54,978 bases of DNA from the IMG/VR virus record IMGVR_UViG_3300048839_001570, positions 1 to 54,978 of that record; one strand, written 5' to 3'. The translations under genes and the position numbers were made by a program. The notes under the pieces were generated by a model, which did no database searches, was not told the origin of the DNA, and saw only the letters and a program-made list of their open reading frames with translations. This DNA is from a virus. Taxonomy: Duplodnaviria; Caudoviricetes. Positions 25,235 to 34,426 of this stretch are shown in pieces (position 1 is the first letter of the stretch; every line of letters begins with the position of its first letter).

Positions 25235-26526
25235 CAGGCGGCCTCGCTGACGGTGGCCGAGGTGCCGTCCCGCTCGACCGCGAGCGGCGGCAGGGAGGCG
25301 AGGTTGACGACGGTGACGACGCCATCCCCTCCGGCGAGGACGGTGGTGCCCACCACCGGCGCGCGGGCGGCGACGGAGAGGGAGGACACAGGCGCCTGGA
25401 TGGCCGCACCGGACGCGACAGCCGGGGCTGCGGCGGCGACGGCAAGGGCGGCGGACGGCAGCGCGAGGCTCGCTCCGCCGCCCACGGAGGGCTCGGGAGC
25501 GGCGAGGGTGACAGAAGCCGCCGGCACGGCCACGACCACGCCGGTCGCGATCTCCGGAGCGAGGGCTTCCACCGAAACCGTCGCGGACGGCACCTCGATG
25601 ACGCGGCCTCCGCCGACCAGCGGAGTTTCCGCCGCGACGGTCACCTCCGCGGCCGGCACCGCGATCACGGCGCCCGTGAGGACGGCCGGCGCGAGAGCGG
25701 TGACGGAGAGGTCGGCGGCCGGCAGCTGCACGGCCGCACCGGCCGAGATCGTGGGCGCGGCGGCGGCGACGGAGATCTCCGCTGGCGAGATCGAGATCGC
25801 TTCGGCGGTGTCGATGGCCGGCGGATGAGAGGACACGGCCAGCGCGACGGAGGGAACGGCAACGGCCGCGCCGGACGCGACCACGGGAGCCTCGGCCGCC
25901 ACGACCAGGGTTGCCACGTCCGGCGCGATGGTGGCCGCCGTTGCCACCGCAGGCGCGAGGGCGGCGACATTGAGGTTCGCGGACGGAATCTCCACGAGCC
26001 GGCCGCCGCCGACGAGTGGGGCGAGGGGCGTGACGTCGATCGCCGCGGGCGGCACCGCGACCGCGGCGCCCGCAGCGACCGTCGGGGCCGCCGCGGCGAC
26101 GGCGATCGATGCCACGCCGGACGCAAGCGACGCGCCGGAGGAAGCCGCAGGTGCAAGCCCCTGCACGCCCAGAGCGGCGGCAGGAATCTGCAGGTCCACG
26201 AGGCCGATCACCGGGCGCTCGCCGCGCACGAACAGGCGGCCCGCCGGAACGCCCACGATCGCGCCGAGGCCGGGTGGCGGCAGGAAGGACGCCTCGACGA
26301 TCAGCGTCCCGCGCCATTCGAGGACGCGGTTGCCCGCGGACGCCCGGGCGCTCAGGTCCCACGTCCCCTCGCCGGTGATCACGCCCGGGGCGAACCCGCC
26401 CTCCGGGGCGACGAGCGGCGCGCCTGACGGCGGCATGACGGCGACGGCAACGTTCTCGAGGAGATCGCCCTCCGGCGTGCGGGCGCGCACGCGAAGGCTG
26501 TCACCGGCGTGCAGGACCCTGATCAC
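25234..26526 (-). CDS. Repeat protein with about 13 x 22-aa Ala/Val/Pro repeats
   Basis: Periodic xVPxAxxxVAAxAPxVxxG over about 25345-26193. Confidence 0.8.
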   Translation of the reverse strand: MIRVLHAGDSLRVRARTPEGDLLENVAVAVMPPSGAPLVAPEGGFAPGVITGEGTWDLSARASAGNRVLEWRGTLIVEASFLPPPGLGAIVGVPAGRLFVRGERPVIGLVDLQIPAAALGVQGLAPAASSGASLASGVASIAVAAAAPTVAAGAAVAVPPAAIDVTPLAPLVGGGRLVEIPSANLNVAALAPAVATAATIAPDVATLVVAAEAPVVASGAAVAVPSVALAVSSHPPAIDTAEAISISPAEISVAAAAPTISAGAAVQLPAADLSVTALAPAVLTGAVIAVPAAEVTVAAETPLVGGGRVIEVPSATVSVEALAPEIATGVVVAVPAASVTLAAPEPSVGGGASLALPSAALAVAAAAPAVASGAAIQAPVSSLSVAARAPVVGTTVLAGGDGVVTVVNLASLPPLAVERDGTSATVSEAA

Positions 26527-26876
26527 CGCAGGACCACCTCGAGGTCGGGTTCGAAGACAAGCTCGAGGGCGCGCTCGGCAGCGGGCGGGGGCGCGAGCGG
26601 ATCGAGGCCGGAAGCGCGGACGCGCAGGAGGCGGGCATAGGCCGTGCGCGCCGCGCCGTCCTTCTCGATCCGGACGTGAAGGGGCCAGAACCCCTCTGCC
26701 TGGCCGGGCAGCACGACGTCTGCGCGCCCGTCCGGGCCGGTGACCGACTGCGCGGTCGAGGCGAGCGCCGCCATGATGCCGGCGGTGACGACGGCGGCCG
26801 GGACGGGCAAGCCCGCCCGGTCCCGGATCGTCAGGGCGAGCCTGATCGGCACGCCCGCCCCCACCTCGTGGATCAT
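26523..26876 (-). CDS. Small Ig-like/baseplate-like protein
   Basis: MIHEVGAGVPIRLALTIRDRAGLPV; coupled on both sides. Confidence 0.6.
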   Translation of the reverse strand: MIHEVGAGVPIRLALTIRDRAGLPVPAAVVTAGIMAALASTAQSVTGPDGRADVVLPGQAEGFWPLHVRIEKDGAARTAYARLLRVRASGLDPLAPPPAAERALELVFEPDLEVVLR

Positions 26877-27304
26877 CAGGCGGCGTTGGACCAGGTGATG
26901 ATGCCGGACGCGTTCCAGGTGACGACGAAGGGCGTGCCCACGCCGGCCTCCTGCGCGCCCTCGAAGTCGATGAAGGCGAGGGGCAGGTCGCCGGTGTCGT
27001 CGTAGAGCACCGCCTTGTGCGCCGGGCCGATCGAGCCGCCCGACGCGCTGACCGAGATGTCGTCGGCGTCGAGCTTGGCGTCGTTCGTGCTGACCACGGT
27101 CACCGCTGCGTTCGCGAGCGGCTCGCCGCCGGCATCCCAGCCGTTGCCCGAGACCTCGTTCGCACCGGCCACCTGGGTGAGCGCCGTGTGGGTCGCCGTG
27201 AAGGTCGCCGAGTTGTTGAGGAGCATGAGCTTCAGCGTGGCGAGGTTGACCTCGCCGTTCGCGAAGAGCTTGGGGGTGTGGTTGTAGAGCGAGATGGTCG
27301 CCAT
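26876..27304 (-). CDS. 142-aa beta-rich virion protein (putative fibre subunit)
   Basis: ATISLYN...LKLMLL...NEVSGNGWDAGG...AVLYDDT...AFIDF...VTWNASGI; GGAGG SD. Confidence 0.75.
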   Translation of the reverse strand: MATISLYNHTPKLFANGEVNLATLKLMLLNNSATFTATHTALTQVAGANEVSGNGWDAGGEPLANAAVTVVSTNDAKLDADDISVSASGGSIGPAHKAVLYDDTGDLPLAFIDFEGAQEAGVGTPFVVTWNASGIITWSNAA

Positions 27305-27315
27305 GACGGCCTCCG

Positions 27316-28083
27316 TTAAAGCGCCTCGTGGCGCAGCCAGTGGGTGATGACGTGCAGCGCCGGCCCGATGGGCCGCCGTTGGCTGAGGGAGCGGGGCATC
27401 TGCTCGAGGCAGAGGCCCCCGCCCAGGTAGACACCGCCATGGTTCGGCACCGGGCTGTCCACCCGGCGCAGGAAGCAGTCGCCGGGGCGGGCAAGGCCGG
27501 CGTACTCGCTCGTGTCCTGGCTCAGCACCCTGAACCCGGCCGCCTCGAGGCCTTCGAGGTAGAGGTTCTGTCCGTTGCGCCACCACATCCACTCCCGCGG
27601 GATGTCGGGCAGTTCGAACAGGTGGATCTCGCGGAACCAGTCCCGCGCGATCTCGTAGCAGTCGCTCACCCCGTGCAGGAACGCGCGCTGCCGGTGCTCA
27701 TCGCCGTCGAAGAGCGCCGGGCGCGGCCCGCCGAGGATGCAGGCGAGCTCGGCACCCTCGGGACCGGGCACGAGGATCGCCCAGGGAACCCCCATCGCCG
27801 CCTGGGACGCCATGTCGTCCGCGCTCGGGTGCCATGGACCTTCCGGGTGCGAGTGCACGACCCCCTCGAGGTCGCCGGCGGCGGAAGCTGCGAAGGCCTC
27901 GTCGGGGTCGACCTCGAAGGCATCCCCGGGGCACGGGTGGACGTTGCGGCACGGCACGTAGCGCCCGGCCCGGACCAGCCCGCAGGCCTCGTTCGGCAGC
28001 TCGGCCGAGGCGTGCGCCGCCGCGGCGGCCAGCACCTCCGGCGTGAACGGGACCACCGGCTCCCGCCACCAGTCGGGCCTCAC
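27316..28083 (-). CDS. Tail tip protein K-like (JAB/MPN plus NlpC/P60)
   Basis: PNEACGLV, VVHSHPEG..PSADD, DCYEIARD, NHGGVYLG. Confidence 0.92.
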   Translation of the reverse strand: MRPDWWREPVVPFTPEVLAAAAAHASAELPNEACGLVRAGRYVPCRNVHPCPGDAFEVDPDEAFAASAAGDLEGVVHSHPEGPWHPSADDMASQAAMGVPWAILVPGPEGAELACILGGPRPALFDGDEHRQRAFLHGVSDCYEIARDWFREIHLFELPDIPREWMWWRNGQNLYLEGLEAAGFRVLSQDTSEYAGLARPGDCFLRRVDSPVPNHGGVYLGGGLCLEQMPRSLSQRRPIGPALHVITHWLRHEAL

Positions 28084-28838
28084 CGCAGCCTCCCGATCGC
28101 CGGGAAGCCCTTGAAGGGCAGGACCGCGCGCGGGCCGCCCACGGTCGCGAACCGGCGCTTGCAGTCGGCGAGCGTCTTGCCGCAGACGTCGAGGCGGGCA
28201 TCGGCCACCGGATCGCCCTTGCGGTCGAACCGCGCGGTGCCCGTGTAGGGGCAGGTGGCGTTCGTGTAGTCGAACGAGCCCGCGCCCGCGCCCCGGCGGT
28301 AGCGATGCGAGCAGATCGGCAGCGCCGCGCGGCGCGGGAACTCCACCCCGTCGAGGTCCAGCGCCGAGGTGAGCACGAACTCGACGCTCGTCGGCGACTG
28401 CTGGCTCTTCTGGCTGACCCGGAAGATCTCGATCCCGAGGTGCTTCTGCGGATCCGGGTCGTCGCCGTCGTCGAGGTGCTTCCGGAACGTCTCGACCCGC
28501 GTGACCTCGGCCCCGAGCATGTCGTCGAACGCCTCGAGCGCACCGAGGAACAGCGAAGCCGCCGCGGCCTGGTCGCCATCCTCCCGCACGATCCCGAACC
28601 GCAGGCGCGGCTGCGGCACCGGGCCGACCCCCGACCACTCGAACCCGTCGCTCTCGAACGGCAGCACCTGGTAGGTGAGCCCGCCGAAGCGCGGTGCGGC
28701 GCCGTCGACCGCCATCGGCGCGAAGCGCTCCAGGCCCCCGCCGAGGGGCCGGAGGTCGATGGTGAAGAGCTCGACCGTCGCGCCGACGGCAAAGCCCTCG
28801 AGGTCGCGCGCCACCCCTGCGTTGAGCGGCTCAGCCAA
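28080..28838 (-). CDS. Minor tail protein L-like
   Basis: Probable TTG start; VELFTIDL; C-terminal Cys motif CSHRYR/CPYTG/DVCGKTLADCKRRF; PFKGFP. Confidence 0.9.
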   Translation of the reverse strand: MAEPLNAGVARDLEGFAVGATVELFTIDLRPLGGGLERFAPMAVDGAAPRFGGLTYQVLPFESDGFEWSGVGPVPQPRLRFGIVREDGDQAAAASLFLGALEAFDDMLGAEVTRVETFRKHLDDGDDPDPQKHLGIEIFRVSQKSQQSPTSVEFVLTSALDLDGVEFPRRAALPICSHRYRRGAGAGSFDYTNATCPYTGTARFDRKGDPVADARLDVCGKTLADCKRRFATVGGPRAVLPFKGFPAIGRLR

Positions 28839-29190
28839 GGTCGAACTCCTGCAAGAGCTCCGCCGAGACGTTCCAGCGGTTCGCGGCCGAAGGCACCGGC
28901 GAGATGCTCCAGGATGAGGCAGTCCAGAGGCGCATCGCCGTCTCGCCCGGCAGCTGGTAGACGAAGGACTCGACGCCGGCCCGCGCGACGAGGAAGCCTT
29001 GGACCAGGTTCTTCTCTCCCGTCGTGAGGTTCGCAAAGGTCAGGCGGACCGTGCGACGGAGCGTGTTCACCCCTTCCGGCGACCGCTGGGCGTAGCCGTC
29101 GCTGAACTCGACCCGGTTCACGGCGGCACGGACGGACTGGGAGAAGTCCCCGACCGATGGCGCCTTCGGTGGCGTCCAGGTGAGCGGCAT
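28831..29190 (-). CDS. Minor tail protein M-like (distal tail)
   Basis: VEFSDGYAQRSPEGVN; FLVARAGVESF. Confidence 0.9.
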   Translation of the reverse strand: MPLTWTPPKAPSVGDFSQSVRAAVNRVEFSDGYAQRSPEGVNTLRRTVRLTFANLTTGEKNLVQGFLVARAGVESFVYQLPGETAMRLWTASSWSISPVPSAANRWNVSAELLQEFDLG

Positions 29191-31031
29191 CAGGCGCGCC
29201 CGGGCTGGTTGAACATGCCGCCGGGCCGCACGTGGTGCGCGAGGCGCATGTCGATGAGGGCCGGCAGGGACGCGGCGATGCCGGCGGCGACGGCCTCGCC
29301 CGTCTGGCGGGGGTTGTCGCCGCCCTGCACCGTCACGTTGTTGACGATGGTCATCTGGCCGCCGCCCATGCGGCTTTTTGGCACCACCGTTCCGGCCGTG
29401 TCGGGCACCCAGAGCTCCGGCTCGCCGCCGTCGCCGACCCAGACGGGCTGTCCGGCGCGGACCGGGCCGCCGTAGGCGCGCCGACCGACGCCCACGAGCG
29501 TCCCGAACGCCGATCCGAGCGCCGAATTCCCGAATCCCACCCCCGAGAGCAGCGAGAGCAGGAGATTGTCGAGCGCCATCTGCCCAAGGCGGCCGAGAAC
29601 GTTGCCGAGGGCGTCCTCGAACTCGCCCGCGCCGCGCGTGGCCCCCGCGAAGAGCTCGGAGAAGCTCGAGGCGGCCAGTTCGTTGATCTCGCGGGTGCGT
29701 TCCAGCTGGTCGTTGAGGCTTTCCGCCCGGATCACGAGCTCGGCGATCTCCTGGCCGGCCTCGCTGTAGACGTCGACGCCCGCCCGGCGGGTCTCGTTGG
29801 CGATCCGGCGCGCCAGATCGCTCTGCCCGATCAGGTTGATCTCGTTCTGCAGCGCCTCGACGACGTCCGAGATCGCCTTCGCCTCGCGCTCGGCTTCCCG
29901 TTCCGCCTCGGAACGGCCACCACGGCCTCCACCGCCGCCGGCGCGACCGCGCGCGCTGCGTTCCGCCTCCCGCGCGGCCCTCTCACGCGCACGATTGACG
30001 TCCGCCCGGTCCCGATCGGTGAGCCGGTTGCTGAACCGGCTGTCCTCGAAGCGCGCGAAGGGCTCGACGGCCTGCTCGAGGCGCGCCTTGCTCTCGCGAT
30101 CGGCCCGCGCGATCTCGTCGGCGAACTCGCGGTAGGCCGCGGCGGCCCGCTGCGCGGAAACCGTGGCGGAATCGGTGTTCGCGGCGAGCGTCTCTGCCGC
30201 GGCCGAGGCGTCGAGCAGCGCCTGGACGATCCCCGCAGCCTCCGAACTGAACTCCGCGCCCGCCGCCTCCATGCGCTGGATCTCGGCGACGACGTCCTGC
30301 AGCGCGCGGGCCTGCTCTTCTGCGCCACGGGCGGAGAGGAGCCGGTCGAACTCGTCCACGAGACCGAGCACCTCGCCGCGCGTGACGCTGAACTCCCGCG
30401 CCAGGCGCTGCACGTCGCCGATGTTGCGGCCGACGACCTCGCCGAGACCGTTGAACTCGAAACCTACCTCCGCGAACTCACGAAGGGACCCGATGGCGCT
30501 GTTCAGATCCGCCTGCGCCAGCTCGGCCGAAAGGGCGATCTGGGCGGTCGTGAGGCGCTCGGCGGCCGCGGACGCGCCCCCGAACTGCTCGGTTAGCTCC
30601 GCGATGGTGTCTCGGCGGGCCCGGAGCAGGTCGAAGAACCGCTCGGCAGACGAACGCGCCGTCTCGGTCGCATCCGAGAAGTCGAGCGCCTCGTCGCCGG
30701 CCGACAGGAAGGCCGACCCCAGCGGCAGCATGATCGCCGCGGCAGCGCCCGCGACCGCGCCGAACACGCCGAAGCCGCCGAGGAGCTGCGGCAGCTGCTG
30801 GCTGAGCGCGACCGTGGCCGACGTGCCCGCGCCGACCTGCGTTGCGAAGTCGCCGATCTGGAACGAGGCGTTCTGGATCTGCCCGCGGAACGCGCTCAGC
30901 GGCTGGACGGTCGCACGGCTGGCCTGCCCGATGCCGGAGAACGCCGCCTGGCCCTTCTGGCCAACCTCCTGGAACTGCCGTTCGACGACCTCCGCGCCGT
31001 CGACGCTGAGGCGGACCGCGTAATTGCGCAT
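29190..31031 (-). CDS. Tail tape measure protein
   Basis: FQIGDFATQV...LSQQLPQLL; Ala-rich helices; C-terminal RAYGGPV..G..VGDGGEPELWVP. Confidence 0.9.
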   Translation of the reverse strand: MRNYAVRLSVDGAEVVERQFQEVGQKGQAAFSGIGQASRATVQPLSAFRGQIQNASFQIGDFATQVGAGTSATVALSQQLPQLLGGFGVFGAVAGAAAAIMLPLGSAFLSAGDEALDFSDATETARSSAERFFDLLRARRDTIAELTEQFGGASAAAERLTTAQIALSAELAQADLNSAIGSLREFAEVGFEFNGLGEVVGRNIGDVQRLAREFSVTRGEVLGLVDEFDRLLSARGAEEQARALQDVVAEIQRMEAAGAEFSSEAAGIVQALLDASAAAETLAANTDSATVSAQRAAAAYREFADEIARADRESKARLEQAVEPFARFEDSRFSNRLTDRDRADVNRARERAAREAERSARGRAGGGGGRGGRSEAEREAEREAKAISDVVEALQNEINLIGQSDLARRIANETRRAGVDVYSEAGQEIAELVIRAESLNDQLERTREINELAASSFSELFAGATRGAGEFEDALGNVLGRLGQMALDNLLLSLLSGVGFGNSALGSAFGTLVGVGRRAYGGPVRAGQPVWVGDGGEPELWVPDTAGTVVPKSRMGGGQMTIVNNVTVQGGDNPRQTGEAVAAGIAASLPALIDMRLAHHVRPGGMFNQPGRA

Positions 31032-31044
31032 CAGGGCTTCCGGA

Positions 31045-31404
31045 TCAGGGCTTCTCGGGGGTCAGCGCCCGGATGAGCGCCGCCTCGGCATAGGGCAACA
31101 GCTGCAGCGCGATGCGCGGCTCGACGCCATGGGCGCCCAGCACGGCGACGCACGCGGGGAAGTCGAGCCCGATCGGCCCGCCAAGGCCCATCGCGCCGAA
31201 CCCCATTCGCAGCTGCCGGGAGACATGGTGGAACGCCGCCCAGAACCGGCCGCCCTCGGCCGTTCTCGGCGCGTTCTCGTCCTGCGGGCACGCGCCCTGG
31301 CCGCCGTTGCGGCTGCACGCGAACTCCGGCGTGGCAGCGCATCCCGCGCACTGCTCCTCGCCGCCGCGCCACCGCCACAGCACCAGGGCGCCTATCCGTT
31401 TCCC
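31045..31404 (-). CDS. Tail chaperone gpT-like part (reached by -1 frameshift)
   Basis: Frame open from the slippery site; Cys-rich segment then IGLDFPA. Confidence 0.75.
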   Translation of the reverse strand, partial: GKRIGALVLWRWRGGEEQCAGCAATPEFACSRNGGQGACPQDENAPRTAEGGRFWAAFHHVSRQLRMGFGAMGLGGPIGLDFPACVAVLGAHGVEPRIALQLLPYAEAALIRALTPEKP

Positions 31405-31805
31405 TCGGCGACGATCATCTCGCTCGGCAGTCGCATCTCCGCCCGCAGCCGGTCGGCGAGGAACGGCACGCCGCGGCGGAACCGCGCCCAGGTCTCGGGC
31501 GTGAGCGGCGCCGGCGTCTTGCCGTCCTCGTCCATGACGCCGGACCAGCCCCGCACGTGGGTGCGCACGAGCTCGTCGAGCATGATCTCCTCGGCGAGAC
31601 CTGCGATGCGGCCTTCCCGCGCCTCTACGTCCTCGCCGGCCACCAGGTCGCGCGCGTCGTCGAGGTTCAGCCGGTCGCGGGCGCGCCGGATCGCCGTCAC
31701 CTCGGCCGCCTTGAGGTCGGCATAGCCGACCGGAGCGAGCGTCACCGAAACCCCGTAGCCGAGGGCGACGGTGCGCTCCTCGAGCAGGTCCGCGAGACGG
31801 ATCAT
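31392..31805 (-). CDS. Tail assembly chaperone gpG-like
   Basis: Between tube and TMP; VRGWSGVMDEDG; ends EGNG*. Confidence 0.8.
   Translation of the reverse strand: MIRLADLLEERTVALGYGVSVTLAPVGYADLKAAEVTAIRRARDRLNLDDARDLVAGEDVEAREGRIAGLAEEIMLDELVRTHVRGWSGVMDEDGKTPAPLTPETWARFRRGVPFLADRLRAEMRLPSEMIVAEGNG
31398..31404 (-). other. Programmed -1 frameshift site G GGA AAC
   Basis: X XXY YYZ in correct phase just before the G stop; -1 frame reads into the downstream ORF. Confidence 0.85.
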
Positions 31806-32782
31806 CAGGTCGGGTTCCCGTAGCTGGCGGTCTGGTTCTTCAGGGTGGCCGTCAGGGGCGTGTCGCCCGAGTCCGGCCGCGACGCGCGGAAGTTGAAGGA
31901 GCTGGTCAGGATGTCCCCGTTCGGCACCGGCACACCCGTGCGCTCGAAGCGCAGGTTGTGCGCCCGCAGCACGAGCGACGTGTTAGCGTCGAGCGCGAAG
32001 CGCAGCTCGAGGTCGATCTCGGTGCCGGCCGTGGCGAGGTCGTACCAGGTGGTGTCCCGGAAGCGCGCCGAGATCGAGCCGGTCACGCTCCACTTCCCGT
32101 CGAGGAAGGCCGCGGCCGTCGGCAGGAGGTTCATCGTCTCCTGGTCGGGCGACATGCTGCTCGCGGCGGTCAGGTCGAAGCCGGTGATGCCCGCGAGCAG
32201 CGTGTCGTCCTGATACACGCCACCCTGGAAGCCCACCGGCACCCGGTCGTTCGCGTACTGCACGGGCGAGGCGTCGACGGTCGACCCGAGCTTGTCCTCG
32301 ACCGACCCGAGCAGGTCGAAGCGGGCCCGGACCCGGTCGCCGTTCTTGCGGGCGGTGATCTGCATGCCGGTGTAGGCGACCGGGTGCTGGCGGAAGTGCT
32401 CGTCGATGCCCCGATGCGAGATGGCGGTCGTGTGCAGGAGCGGCACCGGCAGCGCGGCCATCTTGAAGACGTGGGTGCGGTTCGGCGCGGTGCCGGTGGT
32501 GACCGGGGCCCCAAGAAAGCCGTTCAGGTGCCAGCCGATCGACTGCATCCCGAGCGGGACCTCGATCTGGCCGGTCATGTTGCGCAGGCCGGCGACGGCG
32601 GCACCGGGGAACGCGTCGCCGACGATCGCGTCGTCCTCGGTGACGTCCTCCGTCGGCGCCATGTTCAGCGAATAGAACGGCAGCTGCCGGAACGTGCCCG
32701 ACCCTCCCGTGGCCGGCGTCTCGAAGTCCTGCTGCAGGCGGGCCATGAAGGCCGCCTGGTCGCCTCGGGCGGTGATGCTCAT
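31805..32782 (-). CDS. Major tail tube protein
   Basis: 325 aa; position; SVTGSISARF. Confidence 0.85.
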   Translation of the reverse strand: MSITARGDQAAFMARLQQDFETPATGGSGTFRQLPFYSLNMAPTEDVTEDDAIVGDAFPGAAVAGLRNMTGQIEVPLGMQSIGWHLNGFLGAPVTTGTAPNRTHVFKMAALPVPLLHTTAISHRGIDEHFRQHPVAYTGMQITARKNGDRVRARFDLLGSVEDKLGSTVDASPVQYANDRVPVGFQGGVYQDDTLLAGITGFDLTAASSMSPDQETMNLLPTAAAFLDGKWSVTGSISARFRDTTWYDLATAGTEIDLELRFALDANTSLVLRAHNLRFERTGVPVPNGDILTSSFNFRASRPDSGDTPLTATLKNQTASYGNPT

Positions 32783-33228
32783 GCGGTCGCCTCCATCGGG
32801 TTCTCGGACGTCATGTAGAAGAGGGTCAGGTCGACCATCCCGGCCCGCACCGAGCTGGCACCCTCGACCGGGATCACCTCGGACTCATAGGGCGCGCCGA
32901 GGTCGATGTAGTCGACGACCCCGGCGAGGCCCTGCGCGGAATGAAGCGCGCCGAGCCGGCCGAGGATGGCCTCGTACCGCGCGATCCGGAGCGCCGGCTC
33001 GTTCGCTTGCACCACGATCTCGAGCGTGCAGGCCCTCGACCACTCGCGCCCGAGACCGAAGGCCCGGCCGAGCTCGACCGGATCCGCGAAGCGCAGGTTG
33101 ACGAGGCCCTGCAGCGGCACCCGCTCGGGCAGGTCGATCTCGCGCGTGACGAGCGGATCCTCGGGCGCGAGGTAGCGGCTCTCGATCGCGGCGACCGCAG
33201 CCGACGCGACCGCCTCGTGCGGCGTCAT
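32779..33228 (-). CDS. Tail terminator-like protein
   Basis: Position before tube; LPERVP..GLVNLR. Confidence 0.7.
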   Translation of the reverse strand: MTPHEAVASAAVAAIESRYLAPEDPLVTREIDLPERVPLQGLVNLRFADPVELGRAFGLGREWSRACTLEIVVQANEPALRIARYEAILGRLGALHSAQGLAGVVDYIDLGAPYESEVIPVEGASSVRAGMVDLTLFYMTSENPMEATA

Positions 33229-33896
33229 GCGAGCAGCCGCTCCGCCCGGCCGAACTCGGCGTCGATCAGGGCGCCGATGCGGTCGCGCCAGCGCGCTGCC
33301 ACCGGCGCGACGTCGAGCCGTTTCCGGAGCTTGACCTGCGGGAACAGGAAGAACATGGGCACCGTGGCGAGGCCGGTTCCGGTCCTGAGCGCGCGCTTGC
33401 TCTTCGAGAGGGTGAACGGCGTCCCGCGGGTGCGCTTGCCCCGGCGCTCACGCTGGTTGTCGACGACGAGCATGCTCGGGCCCTTGGTGCGGTAGACGAA
33501 GCGCAGGCGACCGTAGATGTGCTCCGGGAAGTTCGAAGGGCTCAGCCGCTTGCCCCCCGTCCCGCGCTTCGGGGCGGCATCGCTCGGGATCGCGAGCCAG
33601 AACCCTGCCTTCGACCGGATGGTCGCGCCCTCGTCGAAGGCCCGCGCGATCTGCGGCGCCTTCGAGAACACGAGCGCCGCAGCGCCGGCGGAGAAACCAG
33701 CCTGCGGAAAGCTCTGGGCACGCCATGTGTTCGCGAGCCGGTTGCCGAGGCCCGCCTGACGCACCTGGCCGCGCAGCTCGGTCTTCAGCCCCTCGCCGGC
33801 GCGACGCATGGCCCGCGTGCTCGCCACCTCGAGCAGAGAGTACTCCTCGGCCAGCATCTGCCGGAGGTCGTCCTCGAGGGTGACCCGGATCCGCAT
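33225..33896 (-). CDS. DUF6441-like tail completion protein
   Basis: LRGQVRQAGLGNRLANTWR; TIRSKAGFWLAIP; VPMFFLFPQVKLRKRLD. Confidence 0.8.
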   Translation of the reverse strand: MRIRVTLEDDLRQMLAEEYSLLEVASTRAMRRAGEGLKTELRGQVRQAGLGNRLANTWRAQSFPQAGFSAGAAALVFSKAPQIARAFDEGATIRSKAGFWLAIPSDAAPKRGTGGKRLSPSNFPEHIYGRLRFVYRTKGPSMLVVDNQRERRGKRTRGTPFTLSKSKRALRTGTGLATVPMFFLFPQVKLRKRLDVAPVAARWRDRIGALIDAEFGRAERLLA

Positions 33897-34204
33897 CAGG
33901 GCGCGTCCGGGATGGTATTCAGCACGGCGACCTGCCGCAGCGGATCGAGGAACTCAGGCGCTCCGTGAACGAGCCGCGTCTCGCCGGCGACGACGATCCG
34001 CGTGCCCGAGGCGATCGCGCCGAGGTCCGCAGCCCGAACCTCGAGGATGACCGCCGTGCTCATGATCTCGCGGCCGTTCACCACCGCGAAGTCGTCCGGA
34101 GAGCGGCGGAAGACCCTGATCGGGCGCGGCACGGTCTCCTGCACGATGGCGGGCTCGCCGAAGGCAGTGAAGACGGCCTCGATCGGGACGGACGGGTCGA
34201 ACAC
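33896..34204 (-). CDS. Head-tail joining protein
   Basis: 102 aa, lambda FII-like position. Confidence 0.7.
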   Translation of the reverse strand: MFDPSVPIEAVFTAFGEPAIVQETVPRPIRVFRRSPDDFAVVNGREIMSTAVILEVRAADLGAIASGTRIVVAGETRLVHGAPEFLDPLRQVAVLNTIPDAP

Positions 34205-34207
34205 GTG

Positions 34208-34369
34208 TCAGCCCTCTGCCTTGTCCTCGACCTTCTCGGCCGCGCCTTCCTTGACGAGCGCTGCGGCTGCCTTGGCAGGCACTTCGCCCTCCCAGCCAGC
34301 CGGGTAGCGGGTCGCGATCTCGCGGTCCTGCGGGACGTCCACCGTCCGGAGGATCTTCACTCTGGGCAT
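34208..34369 (-). CDS. Small protein after capsid gene
   Basis: MPRVKILRTVDV...LVKEGAAEKV, 53 aa, GGAG SD; absent from ORF track. Confidence 0.65.
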   Translation of the reverse strand: MPRVKILRTVDVPQDREIATRYPAGWEGEVPAKAAAALVKEGAAEKVEDKAEG

Positions 34370-34395
34370 CGCTCTCTCCCGTGCGAGTCCGGTGC

Positions 34396-34417
34396 GCCCG
34401 GGCCGTGAGGCCCGGGC
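34396..34417. terminator. GC-rich hairpin after the capsid gene
   Basis: GCCCGGGCC-GTGA-GGCCCGGGC; no U-tract, so may stabilise mRNA rather than terminate. Confidence 0.45.
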
Positions 34418-34426
34418 TCATGCCGA

